Source: a virus
Lineage: Duplodnaviria > Caudoviricetes
DNA length: 34,816 bases
Direction: 5' to 3' (one strand)
IMG/VR virus record: IMGVR_UViG_3300033067_001418
Location: 1-34,816 of that record
Part shown: positions 8,366 through 17,795 of the stretch, in pieces
How the letters are laid out: the number at the start of each line of letters is the position of its first letter
How positions within the stretch are numbered: the stretch's first letter is position 1
The notes under the pieces: model-generated
What the model saw: only the letters and a program-made list of their open reading frames with translations
Database searches by the model: none
Told to the model about the DNA's origin: nothing
Position numbers and translations under genes: made by a program

Positions 8366-10227
8366 AGCTCTGGCAGGCCCGTACTGAAGAGAACATCAAG
8401 ACCTCCTACATCCAGCTGCAGGGCGGGATAGATCTTGTCTCCCCCGCTCTTCAGATCAGGCCTGGCGTGTGCATCGATGCTGGCAACTTCGTGCCGGAGA
8501 TTTCTGGTGGGTACAAGCGGGTCGGTGGGTACGAACGATTCGATGGCCAGCCGTCTCCCAGCGATGCCGTCTACCACCTCCTGACCGTCGACGATTCATC
8601 TGGCATCGCTGTCGGTAACACCCTCACAGGCAGCATATCCAACGTCACATCGGTCGTCGTCGCCGTTGAAAGCGCGACCGTGGTCGTTGTGACAAAGAAG
8701 ACCGGAAACTACTTCGTCGTCGACGTCGGCTACGGCGTTGATGACCTTGAGGTTGGCGGGTCGCCCGTCGCGGCTATCCTTGCTCAGGCTCAAGGCGCAT
8801 CGCAGGACACCCTGCTGGATCTGCAGTACACGAACCTGGCCGCCGACGAGTACCGTGGCGACATCCAGGCCGTTCCTGGCGAAGGTCCGCTCCGCGGTGT
8901 GTGGGGCTACGACGGCAAGCTGTACGCCTTCCGGGACAACGTCGGCCAGACCGAGGCCAAGATGTACCTGGCCACGACCGGCGGATGGTCGGTGGTCGCA
9001 ACGCCGACCTTGAACCCAGGAGGCACCTACGCCTTCGCGAACCACAACTTCAGCGGCGCCTCGACCGGCCAGAAGATGTACGGATGCGACGGCCGCAACA
9101 AGGCGTTCGAGTTCGACGGCACGACCTACACCCAGATCTCGACGACGGCCTCGCCTGACACCCCGAGCCACATCGCAGCGCACCAGAACAGGCTGTTCTT
9201 GTCGATCCTTGGATCACTGTTCGTGTCCAGTCCTGGCGACCCTACCTCGGGGTGGGCCGGAGTGGGCACAACGCCAGCTGAGATCGGCACGGGCGACCTG
9301 ATCACGGGCCTGCTGCCGCTGCCAGGCGACTCCAACACCGCCGCCATGGCGGTCTATGGGCGCAACAAGACGTCGATCCTCTACGGCTCGAGCACGAGCT
9401 CGTGGAACATGAAGGTGGTCTCGCCCGACGCCGGCGCCCTGCCGCGGTCGGTCCAGTACGTCTCCGTCGGCCTCGGCCTCGACGACCGCGGGGTGACGGC
9501 GCTGCCGGCCACCGATGCGTTCGGCAACTTCGCCGCCGCCTCGGTCTCGCGGGCCGTGCAGCCGTTCGTCGACCTCCGGCGAGGGATCACGACGTGCAGC
9601 AGCGTCCTGCGATCCCAGAATCAGTACAGGCTCTATTTCAGCGACGGCAGCGGTCTTGTGTTCCGCGTCGAGAACGGCCAGGTCATGGGGATCATGCCGA
9701 TCTTCTACGAGCACCAGGTCTCCTGCATCGTCAGCGGCGAGGACATCGGCGGCGAGGAAGTGATCTTCTTCGGCAGCGACAACGGGATGGTTTACCAGGC
9801 CGACGTCGGCACCTCCTTCGACGGCGCTGACATCGAAGCCTGGATCCGCCTCGGGTACAACGCCGAGCGTTCGCCGACAACGCGCAAGCGTTGGCGCCGG
9901 GCCGTGCTCGAGATGACGGTGCCGACGTACGCCAAGCTGTACATGACCTTCGAGCTCGACTACGGCGACTTCGGGATCCCGATCGCAGCGACCCAGCTCG
10001 AGGACTTTGCCCAGACATCCGACACCCCAGGTGCCGGCGGCTTCTGGGATCAATTCACCTGGGACGAGTTCACCTGGGACTCGCCATTCATCTCGCCGCC
10101 GAGGTATGACCTGAACGGAACGTCGCAGAACATCTCGCTGCTGTTCTTCTCGAAGGACGCCTACAGCGAGCCGTTCACTCTGCAGAGCCTGATCATGCAC
10201 TTCTCTCCGCGGAGACTACAGAGATGA
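8362..10227 (+). CDS. Tail nozzle / DNA-stabilisation protein (P22 gp10 / tubular protein B-like)
   Basis: 621-aa beta-propeller-like; 'GGIDL', 'GY.R..GYERFDG', 'HQNRLF', 'K.WRR', 'WD.F.WD' motifs; ATGA-coupled. Confidence 0.75.
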   Translation: MKLWQARTEENIKTSYIQLQGGIDLVSPALQIRPGVCIDAGNFVPEISGGYKRVGGYERFDGQPSPSDAVYHLLTVDDSSGIAVGNTLTGSISNVTSVVVAVESATVVVVTKKTGNYFVVDVGYGVDDLEVGGSPVAAILAQAQGASQDTLLDLQYTNLAADEYRGDIQAVPGEGPLRGVWGYDGKLYAFRDNVGQTEAKMYLATTGGWSVVATPTLNPGGTYAFANHNFSGASTGQKMYGCDGRNKAFEFDGTTYTQISTTASPDTPSHIAAHQNRLFLSILGSLFVSSPGDPTSGWAGVGTTPAEIGTGDLITGLLPLPGDSNTAAMAVYGRNKTSILYGSSTSSWNMKVVSPDAGALPRSVQYVSVGLGLDDRGVTALPATDAFGNFAAASVSRAVQPFVDLRRGITTCSSVLRSQNQYRLYFSDGSGLVFRVENGQVMGIMPIFYEHQVSCIVSGEDIGGEEVIFFGSDNGMVYQADVGTSFDGADIEAWIRLGYNAERSPTTRKRWRRAVLEMTVPTYAKLYMTFELDYGDFGIPIAATQLEDFAQTSDTPGAGGFWDQFTWDEFTWDSPFISPPRYDLNGTSQNISLLFFSKDAYSEPFTLQSLIMHFSPRRLQR

Positions 10228-10652
10228 CCAACCCGCACTACAACCAGACGAACAACCCGGCGACCCGCTCACGCGGCCGCTCTGTCGTCATCCGCGACGA
10301 GTACGCGCTCATCGAGGATGGGTTCGACAACGTCGAGGCCGAGCTGCAGGCCCGCGTCACGGTCGTCAACCCGACCAGCACCGGCACGATGACGCACACC
10401 GGCCCAGCCGCGGTGCTCACTGGCGTGACCCAGGTGCTGGTGCCGACCGTAGCCACGCCAGGCGATGCCTCGAACAAGGCGGCCAGCACAGCATTCGTTC
10501 AGAATGCGATCGGCGCGCTGCCTGGCGTCGTTCCGCCGCAGGCCGGCAACGCCGGAGCTGTCCTCGCGGTCAGTGATGCGGACGTCATCTACTGGGCTCC
10601 TGGTGGCGTGCCTGCTATCTCGTTTGTCCTTCTCGCTCAAGGAGTCATCTGA
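10224..10652 (+). CDS. Short tail fibre/adaptor protein
   Basis: 'VPTVATPGDASNKAASTAFVQ' phage fibre repeat and 'QAGNAGAVL' motif. Confidence 0.7.
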   Translation: MTNPHYNQTNNPATRSRGRSVVIRDEYALIEDGFDNVEAELQARVTVVNPTSTGTMTHTGPAAVLTGVTQVLVPTVATPGDASNKAASTAFVQNAIGALPGVVPPQAGNAGAVLAVSDADVIYWAPGGVPAISFVLLAQGVI

Positions 10653-11035
10653 TGTCCGCGTCAGCACAGTTCGCAGCAACGCCGAAGATCGGCAGCGCCA
10701 GCATCTCTACCGCCAACCCCAACCGAAACGGCACCGGCACGGTGGCCACGCTGTTCTCCGCCGGAGCCCTTGGCAGCCGTGTCGACAGCATCTCGATCAA
10801 GGCCCGCGGCGCGACGACGCAGGGGATGATCCGATTCTTCATCCACGACGGATCGAACTACCGCTTCTTCACCGAAGACGAGGTGATCCCCATCACCCCA
10901 ACTTCCGTGGACAAGACCCACGAGTCGTACATCGAACTCGCTGGCGGCATCACCCTTCCAAATGGGTACAGCTTGAGGGTCAGCACCGAGATCGGTGAAG
11001 CCTTTGATGTCTGCGCCTTTGGTGGAGATTTCTGA
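10652..11035 (+). CDS. Small beta-sandwich virion/tail protein
   Basis: TGATG-coupled on both sides; beta-rich 127 aa ending 'LP.GYSL...GGDF'. Confidence 0.7.
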   Translation: MSASAQFAATPKIGSASISTANPNRNGTGTVATLFSAGALGSRVDSISIKARGATTQGMIRFFIHDGSNYRFFTEDEVIPITPTSVDKTHESYIELAGGITLPNGYSLRVSTEIGEAFDVCAFGGDF

Positions 11036-13425
11036 TGAATCCGGGCGCCTTCTCATTCCCGCGCCGGGCCACGGCGATCACGTCTCCGGTCGACAAGTAC
11101 GAGGCGTTCGATGGCGGCGGATACATGACCGCCGGAGAGTCGATCCGCAAGGGCGACTTGTTCTGCGCCCACAACTCCGAGTCAGGCTTCCCGATCCCTC
11201 GCGGTCTGTTGCCGCCTGGAGGTGTTGCCGACGCCGTCTTGTCCGCACCGGCGAACGTGGCGACGTCTGTCAGCGACATCAGGACCGTCTCGTCCGTCGG
11301 TCTCGAAGCGGGCAAGGCGATGTTCGCGTACGGCAGGAATGCGTACAACAATTCCGCCGCTGCGACGGTGTTCAGCACGAGCGCTCTGTCGTTCCTGGAC
11401 TCTGCTCTTTTGGCGAACGGAAGCTACGCAATCGTCAGCGACGGCGCCACGAACTACCCCTACCTGACGATCCTCAATTCGTCTGGAACGATCACGTACG
11501 GACCAATGGCCATAGAAACGGTGGCGATGCAGGGCGACATCGGTGTCGCCGGTTTGTCCAACGGCAACCTGGTCGTCGCCTGGGGCGTGACCGGCGCCGT
11601 GAAATTCAGGACATTCACGGCTGCCGGCTCCATAGTCAGCGCAATCACCACCATCGAAGCGGTGCCGCCAGTAACACTGTCTGTGTGCGCGCTGACTGGC
11701 GGTGGTTTCGCCGTTGCTTACAAGTCCAACTCGACAAACTACCCAAGGATTGCGATCTTCGACAACGCAGGCGCATCTGTACTTGCAGCCACAAGCATCG
11801 AAGCCGTCGCGATGGGCTCGTATATGTCGATGGCTCCGCTATCAGGCGGTGGATTCGTCGTCTTCTACACGAACGGTTCGAACCACCCAAGGTTCGCAAT
11901 CTTCAACGCGGCCGGAACTCTTCAAGGCAGCCTGACAACGGTCGTCGCCACGGCAACTCAGAACGTGGACGTGGCAGGTCTGAACGACGGCGGCTTCGCG
12001 CTGGTGTACAACAACTCGACAACTGACTTGCGAGCTGCGGCATACACCAGCGGCGGCGTTGTTCGTGTTGCTGCCAGGGCCATCTTCACTGGCAACAATT
12101 CTGGAATTGCTTCGTGTGCGGCACTCCCCAACGGTGATGTCGTTGTCGCCTATCGAAACGCAAGCAGCTACACCTCGTACATCAAGCTCTCACGCAATCT
12201 AGCAACCATTGAGGCGGCGATAGCGTGTGACTCAACCTACGCCCCGGCTGACGTGGCGGTGTGCCCGCTCGCGGACAATCGATTCGTCATCGCCATCATT
12301 AACAGCACGACGGCCATCTACCAGTACCTGAACACATTCGTCGGCTCGACGTCATACGCCAGGTACGAGGGCACAGGGGTTATCAACGGCGCGCTCACTT
12401 CGATCGTGGCCAACCCGACGAGATCAATCTCTTCCGCGAAGGTCGGCGGCGGTGGGTTCGTGGTTGGATACCAGAGCCTTTCGAATACGCCGAGCCTGGC
12501 GCTGTTCGACCAGGATGCGGTGCTGGTTGGGTCGATCACGGTGCCGGAGGTAACCTACACGCAGGCGGTGGCGGTGGCCGCGCTGGAAACGGGTGGGTAC
12601 GTGGCCGCGTGGAGCGACGAGTTCAACGATCGAATTCGATACGCACGCTACTCCAGCGCCGGCGTCCTGCAGGGCGCCATCACCAGTGGCGAGTCTGTCG
12701 CTCCGACGTTTCTCTCCATCGCTCCGCTGCGCAACGGTGGGTTCGCGCTCCTGTACATCCATCCGACCACCAGCTACCCGCGGATCGCGATCTACGATGC
12801 TGCCGGGACGCAGACATTCGCGCCGGCCAACATCGAGGCGGTGGCCGCCACGTTCGTTGCTTGCGACGGCCTCACCAACGGCAACATCGTCGCCTTCTAC
12901 AACAACGGCGCGACGAATCTGCGCTTCACAGTGATCAGCCCAGCAGGCGCCAGCGTCATCGTGCCGACGTTGGTCGAGACTGCGGCAGTGTCGGGCGTCG
13001 GCGGTGTTCACGGATGCCCGGGCGGCGAGTTCATCGTCGCGTACGGGATCACCGCTGGCACGTTGCTCAAGACGCGCCGGTACAGCAAGTTCGGCGTGCA
13101 GCAGAACTCAACGATTACCATCGCGACGAAGAGCACGTTGGCCGTCGATGTGTCGACCATCAACAATGGCGACTACTGGCCTGTCTACGGCAACGCCACA
13201 GACAGCACCGTGGACTTCGCCAGGTATGCCTCGCCCATCGCCATCCTCGGTACGGCCCTGAAGAGCGGCGGAGAGGGCGCTCTCATACCCGTGAAGGTGG
13301 AGGGTCTCGTTACGCTTCGAGAAGACTGGGGCGGCGTGAAGACGTTCGACCATACGACTGCGACCCCTGTCGCCGGCAACGAAGGCTCGGTGTTCGGCCG
13401 CGTCTCAAACTTTGTGGGGATCTGA
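11035..13425 (+). CDS. Putative receptor-binding protein with ~13-14 beta-propeller-like repeats
   Basis: Repeats of ~47 aa, consensus approx. VxxLxxGxFxVxY...PRxAIFxAAG; TGATG-coupled. Confidence 0.75.
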   Translation: MNPGAFSFPRRATAITSPVDKYEAFDGGGYMTAGESIRKGDLFCAHNSESGFPIPRGLLPPGGVADAVLSAPANVATSVSDIRTVSSVGLEAGKAMFAYGRNAYNNSAAATVFSTSALSFLDSALLANGSYAIVSDGATNYPYLTILNSSGTITYGPMAIETVAMQGDIGVAGLSNGNLVVAWGVTGAVKFRTFTAAGSIVSAITTIEAVPPVTLSVCALTGGGFAVAYKSNSTNYPRIAIFDNAGASVLAATSIEAVAMGSYMSMAPLSGGGFVVFYTNGSNHPRFAIFNAAGTLQGSLTTVVATATQNVDVAGLNDGGFALVYNNSTTDLRAAAYTSGGVVRVAARAIFTGNNSGIASCAALPNGDVVVAYRNASSYTSYIKLSRNLATIEAAIACDSTYAPADVAVCPLADNRFVIAIINSTTAIYQYLNTFVGSTSYARYEGTGVINGALTSIVANPTRSISSAKVGGGGFVVGYQSLSNTPSLALFDQDAVLVGSITVPEVTYTQAVAVAALETGGYVAAWSDEFNDRIRYARYSSAGVLQGAITSGESVAPTFLSIAPLRNGGFALLYIHPTTSYPRIAIYDAAGTQTFAPANIEAVAATFVACDGLTNGNIVAFYNNGATNLRFTVISPAGASVIVPTLVETAAVSGVGGVHGCPGGEFIVAYGITAGTLLKTRRYSKFGVQQNSTITIATKSTLAVDVSTINNGDYWPVYGNATDSTVDFARYASPIAILGTALKSGGEGALIPVKVEGLVTLREDWGGVKTFDHTTATPVAGNEGSVFGRVSNFVGI

Positions 13426-13426
13426 C

Positions 13427-13882
13427 ATGTACATTCTTCGTTCCAAGAACGGCAAGTACCAGCCGATTCAGGCTAACGACCTGCCGACCTACGACAACAC
13501 GTTCAAGGGCTGGCGTTTCAACGATCAACTCTTGATCGACGTCGAGCAGGAGTTCGAGATCGAGGAAGGCTCGCTGCCTCCTCCGCCGCCTCCGCCGCCT
13601 CCGCCGTGGCTGTGGATCATCGACACACCGGCCTTCTTCGCCCGCTTCGGCGCGGCCGAGGATGACGTCTTGAGCGAGACCCAGAAGAAGAAGACTGTGG
13701 CTCGCGTCGCCAAGTTCTCGAGGAAGTGGTACATCGATCTCAAGGATCCCAAGACCGCGACGATGCTCGACGACATCGCTGCAGACATCGTGTCTCTGAC
13801 GCCTGCGATCAAGACCGCAATCCTCACCACACCAGTGGCGCCGGAAGAGAACACCATCGCTCGCCGGGTCTTCTTCGTCTAA
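13427..13882 (+). CDS. Putative tail fibre assembly chaperone with poly-Pro linker
   Basis: ATG 2 nt after upstream stop; 'F..RF...E', 'IDL.DP.T', 'IL..PV..EE' pattern common downstream of fibre genes. Confidence 0.65.
   Translation: MYILRSKNGKYQPIQANDLPTYDNTFKGWRFNDQLLIDVEQEFEIEEGSLPPPPPPPPPPWLWIIDTPAFFARFGAAEDDVLSETQKKKTVARVAKFSRKWYIDLKDPKTATMLDDIAADIVSLTPAIKTAILTTPVAPEENTIARRVFFV
13577..13606 (+). repeat. Tandem repeat CCT(CCTCCGCCG)x3 encoding 10 prolines
   Basis: Read directly from the sequence. Confidence 0.9.
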
Positions 13883-13893
13883 AGGAGCCAGAC

Positions 13894-15552
13894 ATGGCCA
13901 CGGCAGCTCAACTTCAGGCGATGCGTGACTATGCCGCTTCGCAGGGATTCAATCCCGACGCGAACGGCAGCTACACAGTCACGGACGAGAACGCCAAGCT
14001 GAAGATCTATGGCCATGCGCAGGCTCAAGGCTACAGCGCGGCAGACATGGACGCGGCGTTCGGATGGAACCCGGGTGACGCGCAGACATTCATCGACTCG
14101 AAGGGGCTGCCACCTCTCGGTACTGCGAAGACCGGCTCGACGAGTACGTCTCAGCAGATACGCGACTACGCCACGTCGCAAGGTTTTCTTCCTGATGCAA
14201 GCGGGAAGTATCCGGTCGCAAGTGACACCGATGCCTTGACGATCTATGGCCACGCGCAGGCGATGGGCTACACGCCAGCTCAGCTCGACGCCGCCTTCGG
14301 CTGGAATCCTGGTGATGCTCAGAACTTCATCACCGCGCAGGGGCTGCCAAACATCACCGCGCCGGCGACGGGTGGCACCACCAGCACGCAGACCGGCAGC
14401 ACGCAAACCGGCACCGGAGGCAGCACTGGTGGCGGCGCATCCACTGGCGGCATCGTCAACACCGCAGTCAACGAGACCGCCGGCGGTGCGCAGACCTTCG
14501 CTCCTCAAGGCTTCAGCGAGAAGTACGCCGGGGTGCTGAACAACTTCCAGCAGCCGACAGACTACCCAGACTGGGCCACGGACGACTACCTGCGCAGCGT
14601 CTGGGATGCTGGGTACGAGATGACTCCGCAGGGCGGATTCAAGCAACGCATGGGCTTGGCCGATGGCGCAGACAAGGCCGCGCAACAGGTCGACGCCTTC
14701 TTGCGCGGAGAGTACGAGAAGGCAGTTGCGAGCGGCAGCCAGGCCGCCATCGATGCGTTCGATGCGAAGTACAAGGAGGCGAAGAAGGTCTTCAACGACA
14801 ACTACGTCGTGAACCTGGCGCAAAAGAACTTCAAGCCGTTGAGCGCGTCGGAGCGCAGTGCCGCAGCGAAATCCGCCTATGACAGCTTGTCCAAATTCGA
14901 CGGCATCAGTGTCGGTGGATACGACCCCAGCAAGTTCGCTTCGTTCGAGCAGATGACTGGTGTCGACGACGGCACGAAGATGGACTTCGAGCAAGCCATG
15001 GCGAACGCAAGGCCGCAAGCCCCGGCCGCTCGGCAGGTGCAGCGTGTTGAGACCCTTCCAGGAACTGGCGTCAACGGCATCCCGCCCCAGCCAGGGTTCT
15101 CTCAAGGCCCGACTCAGGCCGCTCCGCCGACATTCGACATCAGTGGCGGTGGGTATGACGCATTCAAGAAGGCCGTCGACGACTACAAGATGCACGGTGG
15201 CTTGCTGACGGATCAGCCCGGCCTGGACATGAGCAAGTACAACGCCTTGCTATCCCAGGCCGATGCCGCCAAGAAGACCGATGTTGGCAGCGTGCTGATG
15301 AATGGCGGCATGCAGGGATCTGAGAAGGGCAAGGGCGTCGGCCTGGTCGCGAATGCGATGAGCGACTACTTCGCCGGAAACATTCACAAGGTCGCCGACA
15401 AGATGAAGCCGATGGAATATGCCGGCCCGGTGGCCGGCAAGTCAACAGCTCCTGGCGCCATAAGCGCGGGGACTGGGCAGGTAGAGCCGCCGGCACCGCT
15501 GCAGACGCCGGTGCTGGCCCGTAAAACCGGAATCATCGGCGCAAGGATGTAA
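13894..15552 (+). CDS. Putative internal virion/ejection protein with two N-terminal ~66-aa repeats
   Basis: SD AAGGAG before ATG 13894; Gly/Ala/Gln/Thr-rich, Cys-free; position between tail and ejection genes. Confidence 0.7.
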   Translation: MATAAQLQAMRDYAASQGFNPDANGSYTVTDENAKLKIYGHAQAQGYSAADMDAAFGWNPGDAQTFIDSKGLPPLGTAKTGSTSTSQQIRDYATSQGFLPDASGKYPVASDTDALTIYGHAQAMGYTPAQLDAAFGWNPGDAQNFITAQGLPNITAPATGGTTSTQTGSTQTGTGGSTGGGASTGGIVNTAVNETAGGAQTFAPQGFSEKYAGVLNNFQQPTDYPDWATDDYLRSVWDAGYEMTPQGGFKQRMGLADGADKAAQQVDAFLRGEYEKAVASGSQAAIDAFDAKYKEAKKVFNDNYVVNLAQKNFKPLSASERSAAAKSAYDSLSKFDGISVGGYDPSKFASFEQMTGVDDGTKMDFEQAMANARPQAPAARQVQRVETLPGTGVNGIPPQPGFSQGPTQAAPPTFDISGGGYDAFKKAVDDYKMHGGLLTDQPGLDMSKYNALLSQADAAKKTDVGSVLMNGGMQGSEKGKGVGLVANAMSDYFAGNIHKVADKMKPMEYAGPVAGKSTAPGAISAGTGQVEPPAPLQTPVLARKTGIIGARM

Positions 15553-15555
15553 CCC

Positions 15556-17328
15556 ATGACAGCCAACGTCACCCAGCAGATCCGGGACTACGCCTCCGCC
15601 CAAGGCTTCAAGCCGAATGCGAATGGCCAGTACACGGTCGACAACGATGAGACCGCGCTGAAGATCTACGGCCATGCGCAGTCGCAGGGCTTCACTGCGG
15701 CCGACCTGGACTCTGCGTTCGGTTGGAGCCCCGGCACGTCGCAGGGCTACATCACGGCCAACAAGCTACCGTCCATCCAGGCTAAGCCCGGAGAGACGCC
15801 GGCGGCCCCGTCCGTCACTGGAGCTCCGGCGACCCAGGCCGCTCCGCCGTCGACCGGCATCCCTGGTCAGTACACCACGCAGCAGACCGGCGCCGGTGCT
15901 ACGCAACGCTCGGCTCCTGATAGCTCTAGCGTGCTGAGTCAGATTCAGGGGATCTTCGGCGGCGCGTCTGCAGCCATCCCTGCGATGGACAAGGTCGCGC
16001 AGATCGAGGCTCCGAAGAATGTGCAAGCCGTCACCGCGACGGTTCCGTACAGCGAGACCACGAGCGGGATCATCGACCGCCTGCTGAAGGAAGACGGGCC
16101 GTACCTCGAGCGGGCGAAGGCGATCGCACGCGAGGAGATGAGCAGCCGCGGGTTGCTGTCTTCGTCTATTGCCGCCGGCGCCGCGACCGGTGCTGCCATC
16201 GACCGCGCCGGCGCCATCGCCAGCACGGACGCAGGCATCTACGCCAACCAGCGCATCGCCAACATGGAAGCGCAGAACGAGGTCAACAACGCGAACGCCA
16301 ACCGGTCGCTGCAGGCCGCGCAGTTCAACGCCCAGGCGCAGAACGACCAGACGCTGACGAAGTTCAATGCAGCGACGCAGATCGGCAGCCAGATCCTCGG
16401 CAGTCAGTTGAAGATGAACGAGATGTCGTTCGACAACTTGATGCAGATGGATCGCATGCAGCTGCAGCAGCAGTTCGATCAGAACAACCTCAGCCTGAGC
16501 TCGTACTTCAAGATGCTCGAGATGGGCTACGGCTCGACCCTCAACAAGGGCGAGATGGCGTTCGGATCGACGCTGCGCAAGGACGAGGCTTCGTACGCTT
16601 CCGGCCTGAACAAGGGCGAGATGGAGTTCGGCTCCAGTCTGAAGAAGGGCGAGATGGCGTTCGGCTCCGGCCTGACCATCCAGGAGATGGGCTACGGCGC
16701 CCAGCTCGACCTGATGAAGATGGCCCAAGCCAACGGGTACGACGTCCAGAAGATGGCGATCGCTCAGGGCTACACGCTCGAACAGATGTCGCAGGCGCTC
16801 GGCTTCGATCTGAAGAAGATGCAGGCCGGCCAGGACATGGACCTACAGAAGCTCGCCGTTGCGAATGGGTACGACACCGACAAGATGGCCCTGGACTTCG
16901 GCTATCGCATGCAGCTGCAAGACGCGGCAGCGAAATTCGACGGCGATCTGCGCAAGGACCTGATGACTTTCCAGAGCCAGCTCGACACCAGCCTCACAGG
17001 CCGGGGCACGTTGGCGAACCTTGCTGGCCAATACGCCAGCATGTTCGACGTGCTTCGCCGCGACCCAAACCTCGACGAGCCCACGAAGAAACAAGCAGAG
17101 CTGCAGCTGCGCGCGGACTTCAAGAGCCAGGCCGGCATCGTGGCCGACCTCTATGGCATGGACGCCACCGCCTATATCGACCGCATCGGTGCCACCGCCT
17201 ATGATCCGGCATCGAGCGCCAGCGGCAATGCGAATGGCGTCAACCTGACCGCTCCAGATCTGACCGCACCAGGGATGGCCAATGGCACAACCATACGGCC
17301 TGGCATCGACGAATATCAGCAGCCGTAA
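15556..17328 (+). CDS. Putative ejection (DNA pilot/tube) protein with 11-residue repeats
   Basis: SD AAGGA; N-terminal copy of the ~66-aa domain, 'RGLLSSSIAAGA' segment, Q/N-rich helix, hendecad repeats. Confidence 0.75.
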   Translation: MTANVTQQIRDYASAQGFKPNANGQYTVDNDETALKIYGHAQSQGFTAADLDSAFGWSPGTSQGYITANKLPSIQAKPGETPAAPSVTGAPATQAAPPSTGIPGQYTTQQTGAGATQRSAPDSSSVLSQIQGIFGGASAAIPAMDKVAQIEAPKNVQAVTATVPYSETTSGIIDRLLKEDGPYLERAKAIAREEMSSRGLLSSSIAAGAATGAAIDRAGAIASTDAGIYANQRIANMEAQNEVNNANANRSLQAAQFNAQAQNDQTLTKFNAATQIGSQILGSQLKMNEMSFDNLMQMDRMQLQQQFDQNNLSLSSYFKMLEMGYGSTLNKGEMAFGSTLRKDEASYASGLNKGEMEFGSSLKKGEMAFGSGLTIQEMGYGAQLDLMKMAQANGYDVQKMAIAQGYTLEQMSQALGFDLKKMQAGQDMDLQKLAVANGYDTDKMALDFGYRMQLQDAAAKFDGDLRKDLMTFQSQLDTSLTGRGTLANLAGQYASMFDVLRRDPNLDEPTKKQAELQLRADFKSQAGIVADLYGMDATAYIDRIGATAYDPASSASGNANGVNLTAPDLTAPGMANGTTIRPGIDEYQQP

Positions 17329-17342
17329 CCAGGATCAAGACA

Positions 17343-17795
17343 GTGAGCAAGATCGTCATCCGAATGGCTACTCACCGGGACGTGCAGCGTATCGTTGATC
17401 TGGCTGTCGAGTCGGTCAGCCAGAACCCGCTGCCTCTCGTCATCGACCGGCCGGCGATCAAGGCGTCCATCGAGGAGATCATCGGCTCGCCGCAGCACTA
17501 CGGCGTCGTGGCCGAGGTCGATGGCCAGGTTGTCGGCGCCGTCGGCGCTCACACCTCGCCGGGCTTCTGGTTCAAGCGCATGCAGTGCAACGTGCTGATG
17601 TTCTACACGCGCACGCCTGGCGCCGGTGCCGCCATGATCCGCGACTTCACGGCATGGATGAAGGGTCGCCCGGTCATCAAGATGGCCGTCTTCTGCCTCG
17701 AGCCCGGCATGGATCCACGCATCGGAAAGCTTCTGCGCCGACTCGGCTACACCCACGAGTTTCCGTCATACGCATACGTGAGAGGTGCTCAATGA
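17343..17795 (+). CDS. GNAT-fold acetyltransferase-like protein
   Basis: 'IRMAT..DV..IV.L', 'VAEVDGQVVG', 'G.GAAMI..F..W', 'LL.RLGY' GNAT motifs. Confidence 0.75.
   Translation: MSKIVIRMATHRDVQRIVDLAVESVSQNPLPLVIDRPAIKASIEEIIGSPQHYGVVAEVDGQVVGAVGAHTSPGFWFKRMQCNVLMFYTRTPGAGAAMIRDFTAWMKGRPVIKMAVFCLEPGMDPRIGKLLRRLGYTHEFPSYAYVRGAQ

Noticed and set aside
10045-10080. ttcacctgggac duplicated (WDQFTWDEFTWD)
   Set aside because: Common protein motif near the C-terminus of this nozzle type; not a regulatory repeat.
15550-15558. Two ejection genes in the same frame separated by TAA-CCC (readthrough fusion?)
   Set aside because: TAA is rarely leaky and the second gene has its own SD (AAGGA).
3978-17791. 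N-terminal extensions in the ORF track (3978, 13412, 13726, 17585)
   Set aside because: They overlap upstream genes; downstream ATGs (4074, 13427, 13894, 17792) have SDs or stop-start coupling.
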